Shown here: positions 46,100-56,317 of the stretch, in pieces
How the letters are laid out: every line of letters starts with the position of its first letter
Numbering within the stretch: the stretch's first letter is position 1
Assembly (NCBI GenBank): GCA_965223905.1
Contig: CBDCXV010000011.1
Coordinates: forward strand, 160,001 to 224,000
Direction of reading: 5' to 3'
DNA length: 64,000 nt
From: Candidatus Latescibacterota bacterium
Lineage (GTDB): Bacteria; Latescibacterota; UBA2968; UBA8231
The notes under the pieces: model-generated
The model's input: only the letters and a program-made list of their open reading frames with translations
The model's database searches: none
What the model was told of the DNA's origin: nothing
Position numbers and translations under genes: made by a program

Positions 46100-48499
46100 T
46101 CAAAGAGAGCGGGCTGATTCCACTACTTCCAGAACTTCAAGGGAATCCCCTTCGACAATTTCGTCGAAACCCGCTACCGCTACTCCGCACTCGAATCCCT
46201 CGAGCACCTCTCGCACATCGTCCTTGAAGCGCCGCAGAGAAGCGATTCCGCCTTCAAAGACCGACTCGCCATCGCGCATCACACGGACCTGGTTGTTGCG
46301 CGTAATCTTCCCACTCTGGACATAACAGCCCCCGATCTTGCCATCCCGGGAGGAGGAGAAGATCTGTCGAATCTCAACGGTTCCGATTACGCGCTCCTGG
46401 AGCTCTGGAGCGAGCAAACCGGAAAGTGCGGCGCGCAGCTCTTCGAAGACCTCGTAGATGACCTCGTAGTTGCGAATGTCGACGCCGTCCCTGGCGGCAA
46501 CCTCTCGCGCTTTCGCCTCCGTCGGCACGTGAAAGGCAATGATGATCGCGTCCGACGCCGCCGCCAGAAGCACGTCGGATTCCGATATCTGGCCGACGCC
46601 GCTGTGAATGACCGAAATGCGCACCTCTTCATGGGTTATGCTGCCAAGTTCCTGGGTTATCGCCTCGACGGAGCCGTCGACATCCGCCTTGACGATGACC
46701 TTGAGTTCGTTGATTCGCTTTTCCTGGATCTGGAACTGAAGATCGCCCAGGGTCATTCCGCGACTACTGCGGATTTCATGCTCGCGCTTGATCTGCTGTC
46801 GCCTCTGGATGATCTCCCGCGCCTCCCGCTCGGATGGAGCCACGGCAAAGTTGTCACCTGCCTGGGGTACTCCGCTTCCGCCCAGGACCTGGACAGGAAT
46901 AGACGGCCCTGCTTCCCTGACTCTCTGCTGATGCTCGTCGAACAGGGCTCTCACCCGACCACCGTAAACCCCCGTTACGAACGGATCCCCGACGCGCAGA
47001 GTGCCTTCCTGAACAAGCACGGTGGCGACGGGACCCCTACCCTTGTCCAGCTGGGCTTCGACAATCGTGCCACGACATCTTCTGTCGCGCTCTGCCTTGA
47101 GCTCGAGGAGTTCCGCTTCCAAAATCATCAGTTCGAGCAGCTTGTCGATTCCCTGCCCCGTTATCGCCGAAATCTCCGCGCAGGGAACCTTGCCTCCCCA
47201 ATCCTCCAACAGAACACCGCGCTCGCCCAGCTGCCGCTTTACCTTATCGGAATCGGCAGTCGGCAGATCCATCTTGTTGATGGCCACTACCATGGGAACC
47301 TGGGCGGCCCTGGCATGGTCGATGGCTTCGACCGTCTGGGGCATGACGTCGTCATCGGCGGCAACGACCAGTATCACCAAGTCGGTGACCCGCGCACCTC
47401 GGGCGCGCATCGCCGTGAAAGCGGCGTGACCCGGGGTATCGAGGAAAGTAATGGGTTGGCCGTCGGGGGCGCTCACCACGTAGGCGCCGATATGCTGAGT
47501 GATTCCCCCAGATTCGCCTTCGACCACATCGGTTTTCCGCAGGAAATCGAGCAATGACGTTTTTCCGTGATCCACGTGGCCCATAACCGTGACAACCGGG
47601 GATCGCGGTTCGAGCTCTCCGGTTACTTCTTCCTCGAGCCCGAGATCCTCCTGCAGTTCCTCCTCTTCTTCTTCTTCTTCCATCGGCCTCGCTTCAAAAC
47701 CGAATTCGTCCGAAACGGTAACGATCGTGTCCATGTCGAGACGCTGGTTGATGGTAACGACCACTCCGAGCTGCAGACAGGTGGCGATTACCTCGGCGGA
47801 ACGCACCCCCATTATTTCAGCCAACTCCCCGACAGTGGAAAACTCCCTGACCCTGATCTGTTGCGCTCCCTCTCGGAGTCCCTCCTCGCCCTCCTCGTCG
47901 CGCCCGCGATCATAGCGGCGCCGAGTTCTGCCTTCGGCGATCTCACTCAGCGTCTTGCGGACGTTGTCCTGAACGGACTGGGTATCGATTTGCCGCCGAC
48001 GCCTCGGCCTTCCTCCGCCACGCCAACGACCGCTCATGTCGGACGCAGTGTCGGGAGCCGTATCTCCAGGTTTGCCGGAATGTTCACGACGCTCGGGACT
48101 ATCGCCGCGTTTTCCCCGCCGCTTCGAGCGCCTGCGATCCCCCTCTTCTTTTGTCGGGAGCGGAGTAACTCCGGGAGTCCGTTGTCGCCCGATGATCTCC
48201 CGTACGCGCTGACCGGCTCCGCGTTCTCCCGATGCGTTGGTATCGCTTCGCGTCCGTCCGGCTCGGGCCTGACGTTCCTGTCGGCGCCGAGATTGCTCTT
48301 TCTCCTTCTGTCGCTGCACCTCCTCCTTGGAGGCGGTTTTTTCTTCTTCTATTTTCCGCGTGATCGCCTCGGTCATCTCGGGCGTCACGACACTCATGTG
48401 GCTCCTGACCTCGTGACCGAGCGACTTGAGCATCGAGATCAGCGCGTCGCTCGAGAGCTTGATTTCCTTTGCTACCTGGTAAACCCTGCGTTTTTCCAA
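46100..48499 (-). CDS. infB: translation initiation factor IF-2
   Basis: GHVDHGKTSLLD, GGITQHIGAY, DTPGHAAF, NKMD, SLRRFKDDV. Confidence 0.97.
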   Translation of the reverse strand: MEKRRVYQVAKEIKLSSDALISMLKSLGHEVRSHMSVVTPEMTEAITRKIEEEKTASKEEVQRQKEKEQSRRRQERQARAGRTRSDTNASGERGAGQRVREIIGRQRTPGVTPLPTKEEGDRRRSKRRGKRGDSPERREHSGKPGDTAPDTASDMSGRWRGGGRPRRRRQIDTQSVQDNVRKTLSEIAEGRTRRRYDRGRDEEGEEGLREGAQQIRVREFSTVGELAEIMGVRSAEVIATCLQLGVVVTINQRLDMDTIVTVSDEFGFEARPMEEEEEEEELQEDLGLEEEVTGELEPRSPVVTVMGHVDHGKTSLLDFLRKTDVVEGESGGITQHIGAYVVSAPDGQPITFLDTPGHAAFTAMRARGARVTDLVILVVAADDDVMPQTVEAIDHARAAQVPMVVAINKMDLPTADSDKVKRQLGERGVLLEDWGGKVPCAEISAITGQGIDKLLELMILEAELLELKAERDRRCRGTIVEAQLDKGRGPVATVLVQEGTLRVGDPFVTGVYGGRVRALFDEHQQRVREAGPSIPVQVLGGSGVPQAGDNFAVAPSEREAREIIQRRQQIKREHEIRSSRGMTLGDLQFQIQEKRINELKVIVKADVDGSVEAITQELGSITHEEVRISVIHSGVGQISESDVLLAAASDAIIIAFHVPTEAKAREVAARDGVDIRNYEVIYEVFEELRAALSGLLAPELQERVIGTVEIRQIFSSSRDGKIGGCYVQSGKITRNNQVRVMRDGESVFEGGIASLRRFKDDVREVLEGFECGVAVAGFDEIVEGDSLEVLEVVESARSL

Positions 48500-48514
48500 A
48501 AGGAGATCCGCCCT

Positions 48515-50119
48515 TTACTTACTCGTTTCCTTGTTTTGGTTCGCTGTAGCCGATTCATCGCTCCGGATAGCATTGATCGACACTACTCCGGCGAGGGACG
48601 AATCTGCCTCTGAAACTGCCTCTCCAGAGTTGCTCGCATTGGCTGAGCTGTGCACGCCTGTAGATTCGGGACCCGCGTCATCGGGGGGGCTGGTTGGCGA
48701 CTGTAGAACACCGGAGGCCTCAGCGGCCACACCGTCGTGTGCAGAATCTTCTCGATCCGGGTACGCCTCACTCGCCTCCGCTGCTGCTTCCTTGGCAGCT
48801 GTAGATTCCATCGCTTCCAACTCCTGGATCGTCGCAGGTCGCAACTCCTCCCCGCGCGCCTCGGCGGCGCTCACATACGCTTCGGCCTTCGCCTTGAGCC
48901 CGGCAGCAAGGGCCCCTTCTTCGCCTTCGAGACCGGGAACGGTCTGCAGAAGTTTGACCTCCACCTCCGCAATCGACCGGATCGAAATAAAGCCCGAACT
49001 CGCCAGACTGATGGCGATTAGCTCGCTGACTCCTTCGAGCTTTCGCAGCTCCTGCTGGCTCTCATCGATTCGCCGCCGGCGAGCCTGGTACTCTTCATCC
49101 GTGAGGATATCCAGTCCCCACCCGGTCAGCTGTACGGCGAGGCGGGAATTCTGCCCGGATTTTCCAATCGCCAAGGACAACTGATCCGTGCCGACGATTG
49201 CGGAGGCGCGTTGGCGCCGCTCGTCGACAATGACACGAGAAATCGTAGCCGGACTGAGCGCACGGGCTATGAATATCTGAGGTTCGTCAATCCAAGGCAC
49301 GATGTCGATGCGCTCACCGCTTAGCTCCCGGACGATTGCCTGTACCCGCGATCCCTTCACTCCGACACATGCGCCAACGGGGTCGACCCTTTCGTCATTG
49401 GAACTCACGGCGATTTTCGCCCTTTCACCCGGCTCTCTGGCGACGGCGTGTATTTTCACGATACCTTCGGCGATTTCAGGCACCTCGATGGAAAAGAGCT
49501 TGCGCAGGAACTCGGGATGGGTGCGCGAAAGGAGAACCTGAGGGCCGCGGCTCGACTTAAGGACTTCGTAGATATACCCGCGAACGCTGTCCCCCTGGCG
49601 GTATCTCTCTCGCCGAATCTGCTCCTTGAGGGGAATCGCCGCTTCAGCGCGCCCGAGGTTCATAATGATATCACCGTGGCTGATCTGCTGAACGATCCCT
49701 GACTCGATCTGAGTCAATCTACCGCTGAATTCGTCGTAAATTCGGTCGCGCTCTGCCTCGCGCACCCGCTGGATAAGAATCTGCTTGGCTGCCTGAATCG
49801 CATTACGACCGAAATCGGCGAGGTTCAACTCCTCGAAGACGACCGATCCTAGCTGCGCCTGCTTGTTTATTTGACGCGCATCTTCCAGGTCGATTTCTAG
49901 TTCCGGCTCATTGACATCTTCAACCACGGTCTTGCGGGCCAGAACTGCCATATGGCCAGTATCTGCATTGAGTTCGACTTCGAAGTTGTCGGCATTGACA
50001 AAGCGCTTTTTTGCCGCCGAGACCAGCGCGTCGGTCAAAGTCTCGATAACCAGCCGACGATCCACGTTCTTCTCTCTGGCTATCTGACTCAGCGCTTCGA
50101 CTATGTTGATGTTGTTCAT
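48515..50119 (-). CDS. nusA: transcription factor NusA with acidic C-terminal extension
   Basis: FGRNAIQAAKQ, AREPGERAK, DPVGACVG, LAIGKSGQN. Confidence 0.96.
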   Translation of the reverse strand: MNNINIVEALSQIAREKNVDRRLVIETLTDALVSAAKKRFVNADNFEVELNADTGHMAVLARKTVVEDVNEPELEIDLEDARQINKQAQLGSVVFEELNLADFGRNAIQAAKQILIQRVREAERDRIYDEFSGRLTQIESGIVQQISHGDIIMNLGRAEAAIPLKEQIRRERYRQGDSVRGYIYEVLKSSRGPQVLLSRTHPEFLRKLFSIEVPEIAEGIVKIHAVAREPGERAKIAVSSNDERVDPVGACVGVKGSRVQAIVRELSGERIDIVPWIDEPQIFIARALSPATISRVIVDERRQRASAIVGTDQLSLAIGKSGQNSRLAVQLTGWGLDILTDEEYQARRRRIDESQQELRKLEGVSELIAISLASSGFISIRSIAEVEVKLLQTVPGLEGEEGALAAGLKAKAEAYVSAAEARGEELRPATIQELEAMESTAAKEAAAEASEAYPDREDSAHDGVAAEASGVLQSPTSPPDDAGPESTGVHSSANASNSGEAVSEADSSLAGVVSINAIRSDESATANQNKETSK

Positions 50120-50204
50120 CTGTCTCCAGGAAATTGTGAACAATTCTTTGCGTGGCAGGCTTCCGAGGCCGGAAAGACCGGGATTCGAGCGTTACCGGTC
50201 CAAA

Positions 50205-50747
50205 TTACATTCCAGCTTCAATCGTCGCCTTCACTATTTCCGAGCGAGGGATGCGATTCACCACCTCTTTCTCGATCTGCAACTCGATCGCGTCGGGGTC
50301 CCAATTGGCCAGCCGCCCCGAAACCGAGCGTCCTGAATAGAGCAGCACTTTCAATTGTTTGGCCGAGGCTCGCGCGAAGTCGCTGTCGGTGACGAGGGGT
50401 CGGTCAAGGCCGGGAGAAGTAACCTCAAGTCGGTAGCGACCCGAAACCGGATCTTCGAAATCGAGCAGGTCGCCAATCTCCCGAGAGATCGACTCGCACA
50501 GGTCAAGCGTGATCCCATGGTCTTTGTGAACCAACACACGGATGGAGCGCGAGTTTCTCTTTCCCATAATCTCAACATCCACCAGCGATGCCTCGTAGTC
50601 GACGACAATCGGCTCAACAAGCTCGATCAGGAGGTGCCGCAAAGCCTGTGGATCAGCGTCGAGTTCACGATGGCGGTCAGAATAGATCTCCGGCGTATCG
50701 GGTTGCCGACTCACAGTCAACCTGCTCCACGCGGGAACGCCCTCCAA
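50205..50747 (-). CDS. rimP: ribosome maturation factor RimP; start uncertain
   Basis: YRLEVTSPGLDRPL; upstream of nusA. Confidence 0.92.
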   Translation of the reverse strand: MEGVPAWSRLTVSRQPDTPEIYSDRHRELDADPQALRHLLIELVEPIVVDYEASLVDVEIMGKRNSRSIRVLVHKDHGITLDLCESISREIGDLLDFEDPVSGRYRLEVTSPGLDRPLVTDSDFARASAKQLKVLLYSGRSVSGRLANWDPDAIELQIEKEVVNRIPRSEIVKATIEAGM

Positions 50748-50830
50748 CCCTCAGGAGTCCGATCAACAATTCGGAACTTAGAATCAGAAATAGACATAGA
50801 AAGATAGAGGCTTGCTTGGATTTAAGCAAG

Positions 50831-50987
50831 CTTGACTCCTTCGTATAAAACCCATTTTGAGGATGTTCAGCGATTCAGCACATTAGAGCGCCACTATATA
50901 TTGGCCAACGAAGACAACGCATGCACTATATGTTGTATGACAAACCGGGCATTCTGAGCGACGTAGGGTTTTTACGAGAGAATCAAG
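50831..50987. mobile_element. 157-bp MITE-like non-autonomous element
   Basis: Ends CTTGACTCCTTCGTATAAAACCC and GGGTTTTTACGAGAGAATCAAG match the ends of the adjacent IS. Confidence 0.8.
50891..50938. promoter_or_regulatory. two tandem NrdR-box-like motifs
   Basis: CCACTATATATTGGCC (50891) and GCACTATATGTTGTAT (50923), 32 bp period. Confidence 0.55.
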
Positions 50988-52408
50988 CTTGACTCCCTCG
51001 TAACAACCCCGTTTTCAAGACAGATATTTTTCTTTGAAACTTTAGTTTCACCAACATGAAAAGAATCGAGAATGAGCGCAATTCGCCGCCATTAAGCTGC
51101 TTCAGCGCTCTATCGTCTGATGGCCTCGAATCGGGCTAATAGGTCCTTTTTTCGGCGCCGAAAGCGTCCTCCGGCCCCTTTTTCAGCCCCTTGCCGGGCT
51201 TATGGACACAGGTTTGGGCGCCAGCGCGCGCACCATTCCCTTGATCAGGTAGACGGCCAACTCCACTCTCCAGCGTCCGCGCACGCGCAGGGCGCCCAGA
51301 CCGTGTCTTCGTTTGAGCTCCGAGACCGTGGCCTCGATGCCGGCGCGAATGCGATAGCGTTCCCGGAAGGCGCCGCTGGCGATGGCGCGGCGGCGGCGTT
51401 CGAGGTTGGCCGCCTTCAGGTCCACGGTTGCAGCGAGGCGCTGCCGACTTTCTCAGGCGCCTTCAGCGCCACCGGCACGCCGCCTTCGCCGGCGTCGTCG
51501 TCCTCCTCCGAGGGGCGTTGCTTGTTCGCGACCGCGTCGCACTGCTCGGCCAGCAGGCGCTGCAGCAGCGCGTAGGACTCCAAGCCCTCCGCCGCAGTGC
51601 CCGCAAACAGCTGATGGAGACGGTAGAGGTCGCGGGCGCACACCGGCAGCCGCCTCTTCCCCGTGCCGGAAGGCGCGTCCTGGTAGGCCGTGGCACTGCC
51701 GTCCTTCTTCAGGTAGCGAAGGAAGGCGCAGGCGCTTCGACACCCGCCCGCACAGACGCGGATGCTGAACCGCCAGGGTCTTCAGAAAGTGACGGAGGGT
51801 CTCACAGAACAGCCCCAGACGCGACAACACCGCGATGTTGCTGATCACGTGGGTGGAGTCCAGACGCTTGCCGGGTGACCTTCGTACCCAACGCTTGGAG
51901 AATGCGATCCGTGGTCGCCTCGAACGCCTGCCGGCCGCGGTCATGGGCCAGCAAGCGCGCGCGGAAGTTGTGCAGCGTGTCCTGCGCCAGGTGGGCCTCG
52001 TCCGGGGTCAGCTCCAGGTCGTGCTGCCACAGCAGGCTGAACTCCAGCTGCTCCAGCGTCTCGGCGTCGGTCAGAGCGAACATCTCCTTGAGCAGAAGAA
52101 CGCCCAAGACCGTCGGCACCGGCTGGTTGGGACGACCGTTGTCGTCGCAATACAAGGACGAAAACTGCGCTTCGTCGATCAGCGCCAAGGCGTGCGCGCG
52201 AAAGGTCTCGGCCCAGCTCGCCTGCAGGCGCCGCTGCTTGGCCGGAGGCACCAGGTTGCGGCTCTCGAACAGGTTGCGTTGCGAATCCTTCTTACGAAAC
52301 ATCAGCCCCATCCACTAGAGAGGAAGTGTGTGACGGATTGGTATACCCCAATATACCAAGAACCCCTGATTATCAGGGCTGTGAGGGGGGGGTTACGAGA
52401 GAATCAAG
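50988..52408 (-). mobile_element. decayed insertion sequence (IS1182-like; family call tentative)
   Basis: Terminal IRs CTTGACTCCCTCGTAAC / GTTACGAGAGAATCAAG enclosing transposase fragments. Confidence 0.85.
51183..52311 (-). pseudogene. transposase pseudogene, frameshifted and internally deleted
   Basis: Fragments in different frames: DUF772-like GRPNQPV...LTDAE...TLHNFR; RLDSTHVISNI; YRIRAGIEATVSELKR. Confidence 0.85.
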
Positions 52409-52490
52409 GTTGGATTGTACAGATACGCAGGTATTGCCTATAATTTACTCTGGTTCAGGGCGTTGTCAGAAATAGCCCGCAGGTGTTCGG

Positions 52491-52994
52491 TCACGAAAGC
52501 AGCTTCAGGAGACTTTCGAGCTCAGTCCGCAACTCGGACAGGAACTGGAACACTTGCCGGTGATCAGTCTGCCCATTTGAGACCGCCCCAGGGGTCGAGG
52601 TTGCAGCGGCAGGCACCCTTGCATGTCGCTTGGCGGCAGGGGTCTGCAATGTGGCCGAGACTTCTACCTCTCCCGCAGCAACTAGGAATGCCCTCAGTGA
52701 CTCACCGGCTCTGCGGACCAGCTCGGGCTCGTTCTTCAGTTTCTGCCGTGCACCGCGGGTCGAATAGCGATCATGGTGCAGGAGGCGCTTTATGAGGAAA
52801 ATGATGCCGATATCGCGCTCGCGATAGGCGCGGTTCTTTCCGCGCACCCGGCGAGGCCTCAGACAGGAAAATTCCTTTTCCCAAGCGCGCAAGGTGTAAT
52901 GCGGCAACTGGGTAATCTCTGCAACCTCGCCAATGCTGTAATAGAGTTTCGTATCCAGAGCCCGTCTGGATTCAGATGATCCGAATGGAGACAC
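52491..52994 (-). CDS. MerR-family HTH regulator
   Basis: KLYYSIGEVAE, LRAWEKEF, RAYRERDI. Confidence 0.88.
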   Translation of the reverse strand: MSPFGSSESRRALDTKLYYSIGEVAEITQLPHYTLRAWEKEFSCLRPRRVRGKNRAYRERDIGIIFLIKRLLHHDRYSTRGARQKLKNEPELVRRAGESLRAFLVAAGEVEVSATLQTPAAKRHARVPAAATSTPGAVSNGQTDHRQVFQFLSELRTELESLLKLLS

Positions 52995-53009
52995 CTGTAT
53001 TGAAAACTC

Positions 53010-54389
53010 CTAATTTGCTGATTTCCGTTTGTCCCGTCGGCTTCGCCAGAAGATCCTGAGAGGAGAACCCTTGAAATCAAATTCCTCCCGTAGGCTTTTT
53101 TCCAGATTTCGAGAGTAGGAATCGGACACCAGTTCGGGATGATCTGCAAAAACAACAAAAGAAGGCGGCGATATTGCCTGTTGTGTAGCGTACAGGATAT
53201 TTACAGCACGACCACTTCTGCGAGCTGCGTTTTTCGCCGTGACTTGCCCAAGGAGCCTGTTCAGACGTGCAGTGGGCACTCGACGCCGCCGGCTGTCGAA
53301 GATTGCCGCGGCTGTTTCCAAACATCGAGAGACCCGGCTCCCTGTCAAGGCGGAAAGAACGACAACCGGAAAATCCCGCAGGAATGGGTATCGATCTCGG
53401 ATGCTGTTGGCAAACTGTCCGGCGTCCTTCGGGTAGTCGACGACATCCCATTTGTTGATCGCGACAGCCATCCCGCTGCCGGAGTCCACGATCTTTGACA
53501 TGATCCGGGCGTCCTGCGTCGTGACTCCCTCGGCGGCGTCGATGATCGCCAAGGTGACATCGGTCTGTTCTATCGCACGCGCCGCGCGTAGCGAACTGTA
53601 GTACTCCACCCGGTCATCTATCCGACGGCGCCGGCGCACCCCAGCTGTGTCCATCAGCAGGAAACGGCGTCCCCCCCAGTGGATGCGGATTTCGGTGGTG
53701 TCGCGGGTTGTACCCGGCCTTTGGTGGACGATGGAAACCCGAGATCCTGCGAGTCGATTCATCAACGTCGACTTTCCAACGTTTGGCCTGCCGGCAAGTA
53801 CGACCCGGATTGCATCCGCCTCTTCCCCGGACCCGGAGGTGGCTTCAGGGACTTCGAACCGAGCTGTCAGGAGATCGAGAAGGTCCCCCGACAACCGCCC
53901 GGATGCCGCCGAAACTGGGATCGGTGTCCCCAACCCGAGGCTGAAAAAATCCCCCAACAAGGCCTCCTCCTGCCCAGGGGAATCGAGTTTGTTGACGACA
54001 GGGAGGGACTCTACACCGTTTCGTCGCAGCACCTCAGCGACTTCACAGTCGGTAGCGGTGGCACCGGAAGTGGCGTCGCACACTAGCATGACAATGTCCG
54101 CTTGCTCGACGGCGAGCTCTGCCTGCTCTCGCACCGCCGATTCAATGGCATCCTTTGAAAAGGGAACGAATCCGCCGGTATCCATCAGGGAAAACCGGCA
54201 GCCATTCCACTCAACCTCAACAGCGATGCAGTCCCTTGTTATGCCGGGGTGATCATCGGTAATTGCCTGCCGCCGACCTGCAAGCCTGTTGAATAACGTC
54301 GACTTGCCGACATTTGGACGGCCGACGATGGCCACAAGCGGCCGTACCAATCCGATCCGACGATCCCTTTCGGCCGATTTACCGCTCAT
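53010..54389 (-). CDS. der: ribosome biogenesis GTPase Der
   Basis: Two GRPNVGKS G-domains, DTGG/DTAG, KH-like C-terminus. Confidence 0.96.
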   Translation of the reverse strand: MSGKSAERDRRIGLVRPLVAIVGRPNVGKSTLFNRLAGRRQAITDDHPGITRDCIAVEVEWNGCRFSLMDTGGFVPFSKDAIESAVREQAELAVEQADIVMLVCDATSGATATDCEVAEVLRRNGVESLPVVNKLDSPGQEEALLGDFFSLGLGTPIPVSAASGRLSGDLLDLLTARFEVPEATSGSGEEADAIRVVLAGRPNVGKSTLMNRLAGSRVSIVHQRPGTTRDTTEIRIHWGGRRFLLMDTAGVRRRRRIDDRVEYYSSLRAARAIEQTDVTLAIIDAAEGVTTQDARIMSKIVDSGSGMAVAINKWDVVDYPKDAGQFANSIRDRYPFLRDFPVVVLSALTGSRVSRCLETAAAIFDSRRRRVPTARLNRLLGQVTAKNAARRSGRAVNILYATQQAISPPSFVVFADHPELVSDSYSRNLEKSLREEFDFKGSPLRIFWRSRRDKRKSAN

Positions 54390-55789
54390 CTTCCCGAGTC
54401 CTCGCCTCTTTGCCCGGACCCGACGAAAAAGCCGAACTCGGACAGCTGCCTGCCGTCGCCGCGGGAACGCACCGCCGAGAAATTACCATCCCCAAGGGAA
54501 TTTCCAATCCCGCGAGCGAGGTCGTACTCTCCGATCGAGACCGGGATTCCTGTCGCAGCCTGTAGATCGGCAACGGTCATATCGTCGATCGTCAGGCCAT
54601 CCCCGTTAATGCAGTTCGGGGGCAGTATCGCCAAGTCCCACGGGCTGTTTTTCAACGAGGCGATGATATCTCGACCCGCCAAAAGGCCGGAGACGGTGAT
54701 TCCGTGCCCGAAGAAGTCGTTTTCGATTGGAACAAGGGTGGCCTTGGGTACGGCGAGATCCCTGAGCTCTTCGACAACGGGAGCCAGGAACCTAGCCGCC
54801 AAGGTTCCGGTTACCAAAGCCATCCGCACTGGAGTTCCCCGACCTGCATCTCGGATGGCAAGGTCTCGAAGGTGGAGCTTTCCCTGTTCCCAACGATCGA
54901 GAAACGCTCTCACCATACCGATGCCGTTTTCGATCTGGGGAAAGCTGTCGTAGTAGGGGATCTGCGGCGGCAGCCGTCCGCTAAGCAGAAACAGCTCGTC
55001 GGCAGCATAGATGAAACGCTCTCCGAGTTTGTTGACAAACCGCGAACCCCAAGTCTCAGCAGCATCGAGGTATTCGATGGCGAGTTCGGGCGTAACCGTC
55101 CGCAGCCTGGGCAAGTGAGAACGGAAACGGGTCAGCCCAACCGGGACCAGGGCTACGGAGCGCAGATCCGGATAGAATTCGGCCAAGTCACGGACGGTGC
55201 GCTCCAGATGCGACCCGTCGTTTATCCCGGGACAGATTACGACCTGTGCATGCATCTCGATTTCGTGCTCTGCGAGCAGTCGAATTCTGTCGAGTATCGG
55301 AACGGTTGGTTTCCTGCGGCCGAGAAGCTGCTGCCGGAGTTCCGGATCGGTCGCGTGAACGGAGATGTACTGGGGCGAAAGTCTCTGCTCGACAATGCGG
55401 TGGAGATCGGCGTCCCGCATGTTCGTCAGGGTCACGTACGATCCGTGCAGAAAGGACAACCGGTAGTCGTCGTCCTCAAAGTATAGGCTGCGCCGCAAGC
55501 CCTTTGGCATCTGATGCAAGAAACAGAATACACACTTGTTGTTGCAGCGCCTAAGTCGCATCTCATCGAAGTGAATCCCCATATTCTCGCCATGCACCCT
55601 GTCGACCTCGACGGTATAGATTTCTCCTTCGCGTTCTACTTCGAACAGGAGCAGGGGATCCGCGCTGTGAACCTGAAAGTCGATGAGATCGCGGATCTCC
55701 TCCCCATTTACCGCCAGAATGCGGTCCCCACTCCGAAAGCCTGCCCGCGCTGCGAGCGAACTTTCTTCGATATGCTTGACCGAAATCAC
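54386..55789 (-). CDS. PDZ + radical-SAM-like DUF512 protein
   Basis: N-terminal PDZ, CNNKCVFC, DDDYRLSFLHG, VPVGLT, QIENGIG. Confidence 0.88.
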   Translation of the reverse strand: MISVKHIEESSLAARAGFRSGDRILAVNGEEIRDLIDFQVHSADPLLLFEVEREGEIYTVEVDRVHGENMGIHFDEMRLRRCNNKCVFCFLHQMPKGLRRSLYFEDDDYRLSFLHGSYVTLTNMRDADLHRIVEQRLSPQYISVHATDPELRQQLLGRRKPTVPILDRIRLLAEHEIEMHAQVVICPGINDGSHLERTVRDLAEFYPDLRSVALVPVGLTRFRSHLPRLRTVTPELAIEYLDAAETWGSRFVNKLGERFIYAADELFLLSGRLPPQIPYYDSFPQIENGIGMVRAFLDRWEQGKLHLRDLAIRDAGRGTPVRMALVTGTLAARFLAPVVEELRDLAVPKATLVPIENDFFGHGITVSGLLAGRDIIASLKNSPWDLAILPPNCINGDGLTIDDMTVADLQAATGIPVSIGEYDLARGIGNSLGDGNFSAVRSRGDGRQLSEFGFFVGSGQRGEDSGR

Positions 55790-56076
55790 GTCTGGCCTGA
55801 CCCCCAGTGTATCAACCGTGGTAACAACTGCCAGAGAGGTGGGCTAAACGGTTGAATGTTCACGGACTATCGATTCTGACCCCATGCCACGTTTATCGGA
55901 CCGACCTGAGCAGGCTGCCCCTCTGTATCGACGGTTTTTGGGGTTTAGGGTGAATCGGGGCCAAGTTCACTGGCATCGGTGAGAAGCTTCCCGGCGAGAC
56001 CCAGATCGGCCCCCGAAATCAGGCTTCTGGGTCCCTTGGCCCGCTTGAATAAAGGCGCGTTCGGTGGGCAAATTAA

Positions 56077-56151
56077 TGGAGCGGGAGACGGGAATCGAAC
56101 CCGCGACATCAAGCTTGGGAAGCTTGCGTTCTACCCCTGAACTACTCCCGC
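56077..56151 (-). tRNA. tRNA-Gly(CCC)
   Basis: Cloverleaf GCGGGAG..., anticodon arm CAAGC-TTCCCAA-GCTTG, GTTCGA, CCA end. Confidence 0.96.
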
Positions 56152-56250
56152 TCCCAAAGACGCTGCCTTCGACCATCGTCTCTCGAACTACGGCGAGAAG
56201 GTTTTCGGGCAGCAGCCAGTTGAAGCCAACTCTATGTTGTTTAACGGTTT

Positions 56251-56278
56251 AAGATAACAGTTCCAAGATTTGTGTCAA
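56251..56278 (-). promoter_or_regulatory. putative sigma70 promoter upstream of tRNA-Gly
   Basis: TTGACA-N16-TATCTT with TGn extension. Confidence 0.55.
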
Positions 56279-56317
56279 TGTTTTTCATCCTTGAAAGTGG
56301 AGGTATGCCATGCTATT

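Noticed and set aside
47655-47682. (CTT)n/(CCT)n tract
   Set aside because: Encodes the poly-Glu linker of IF-2
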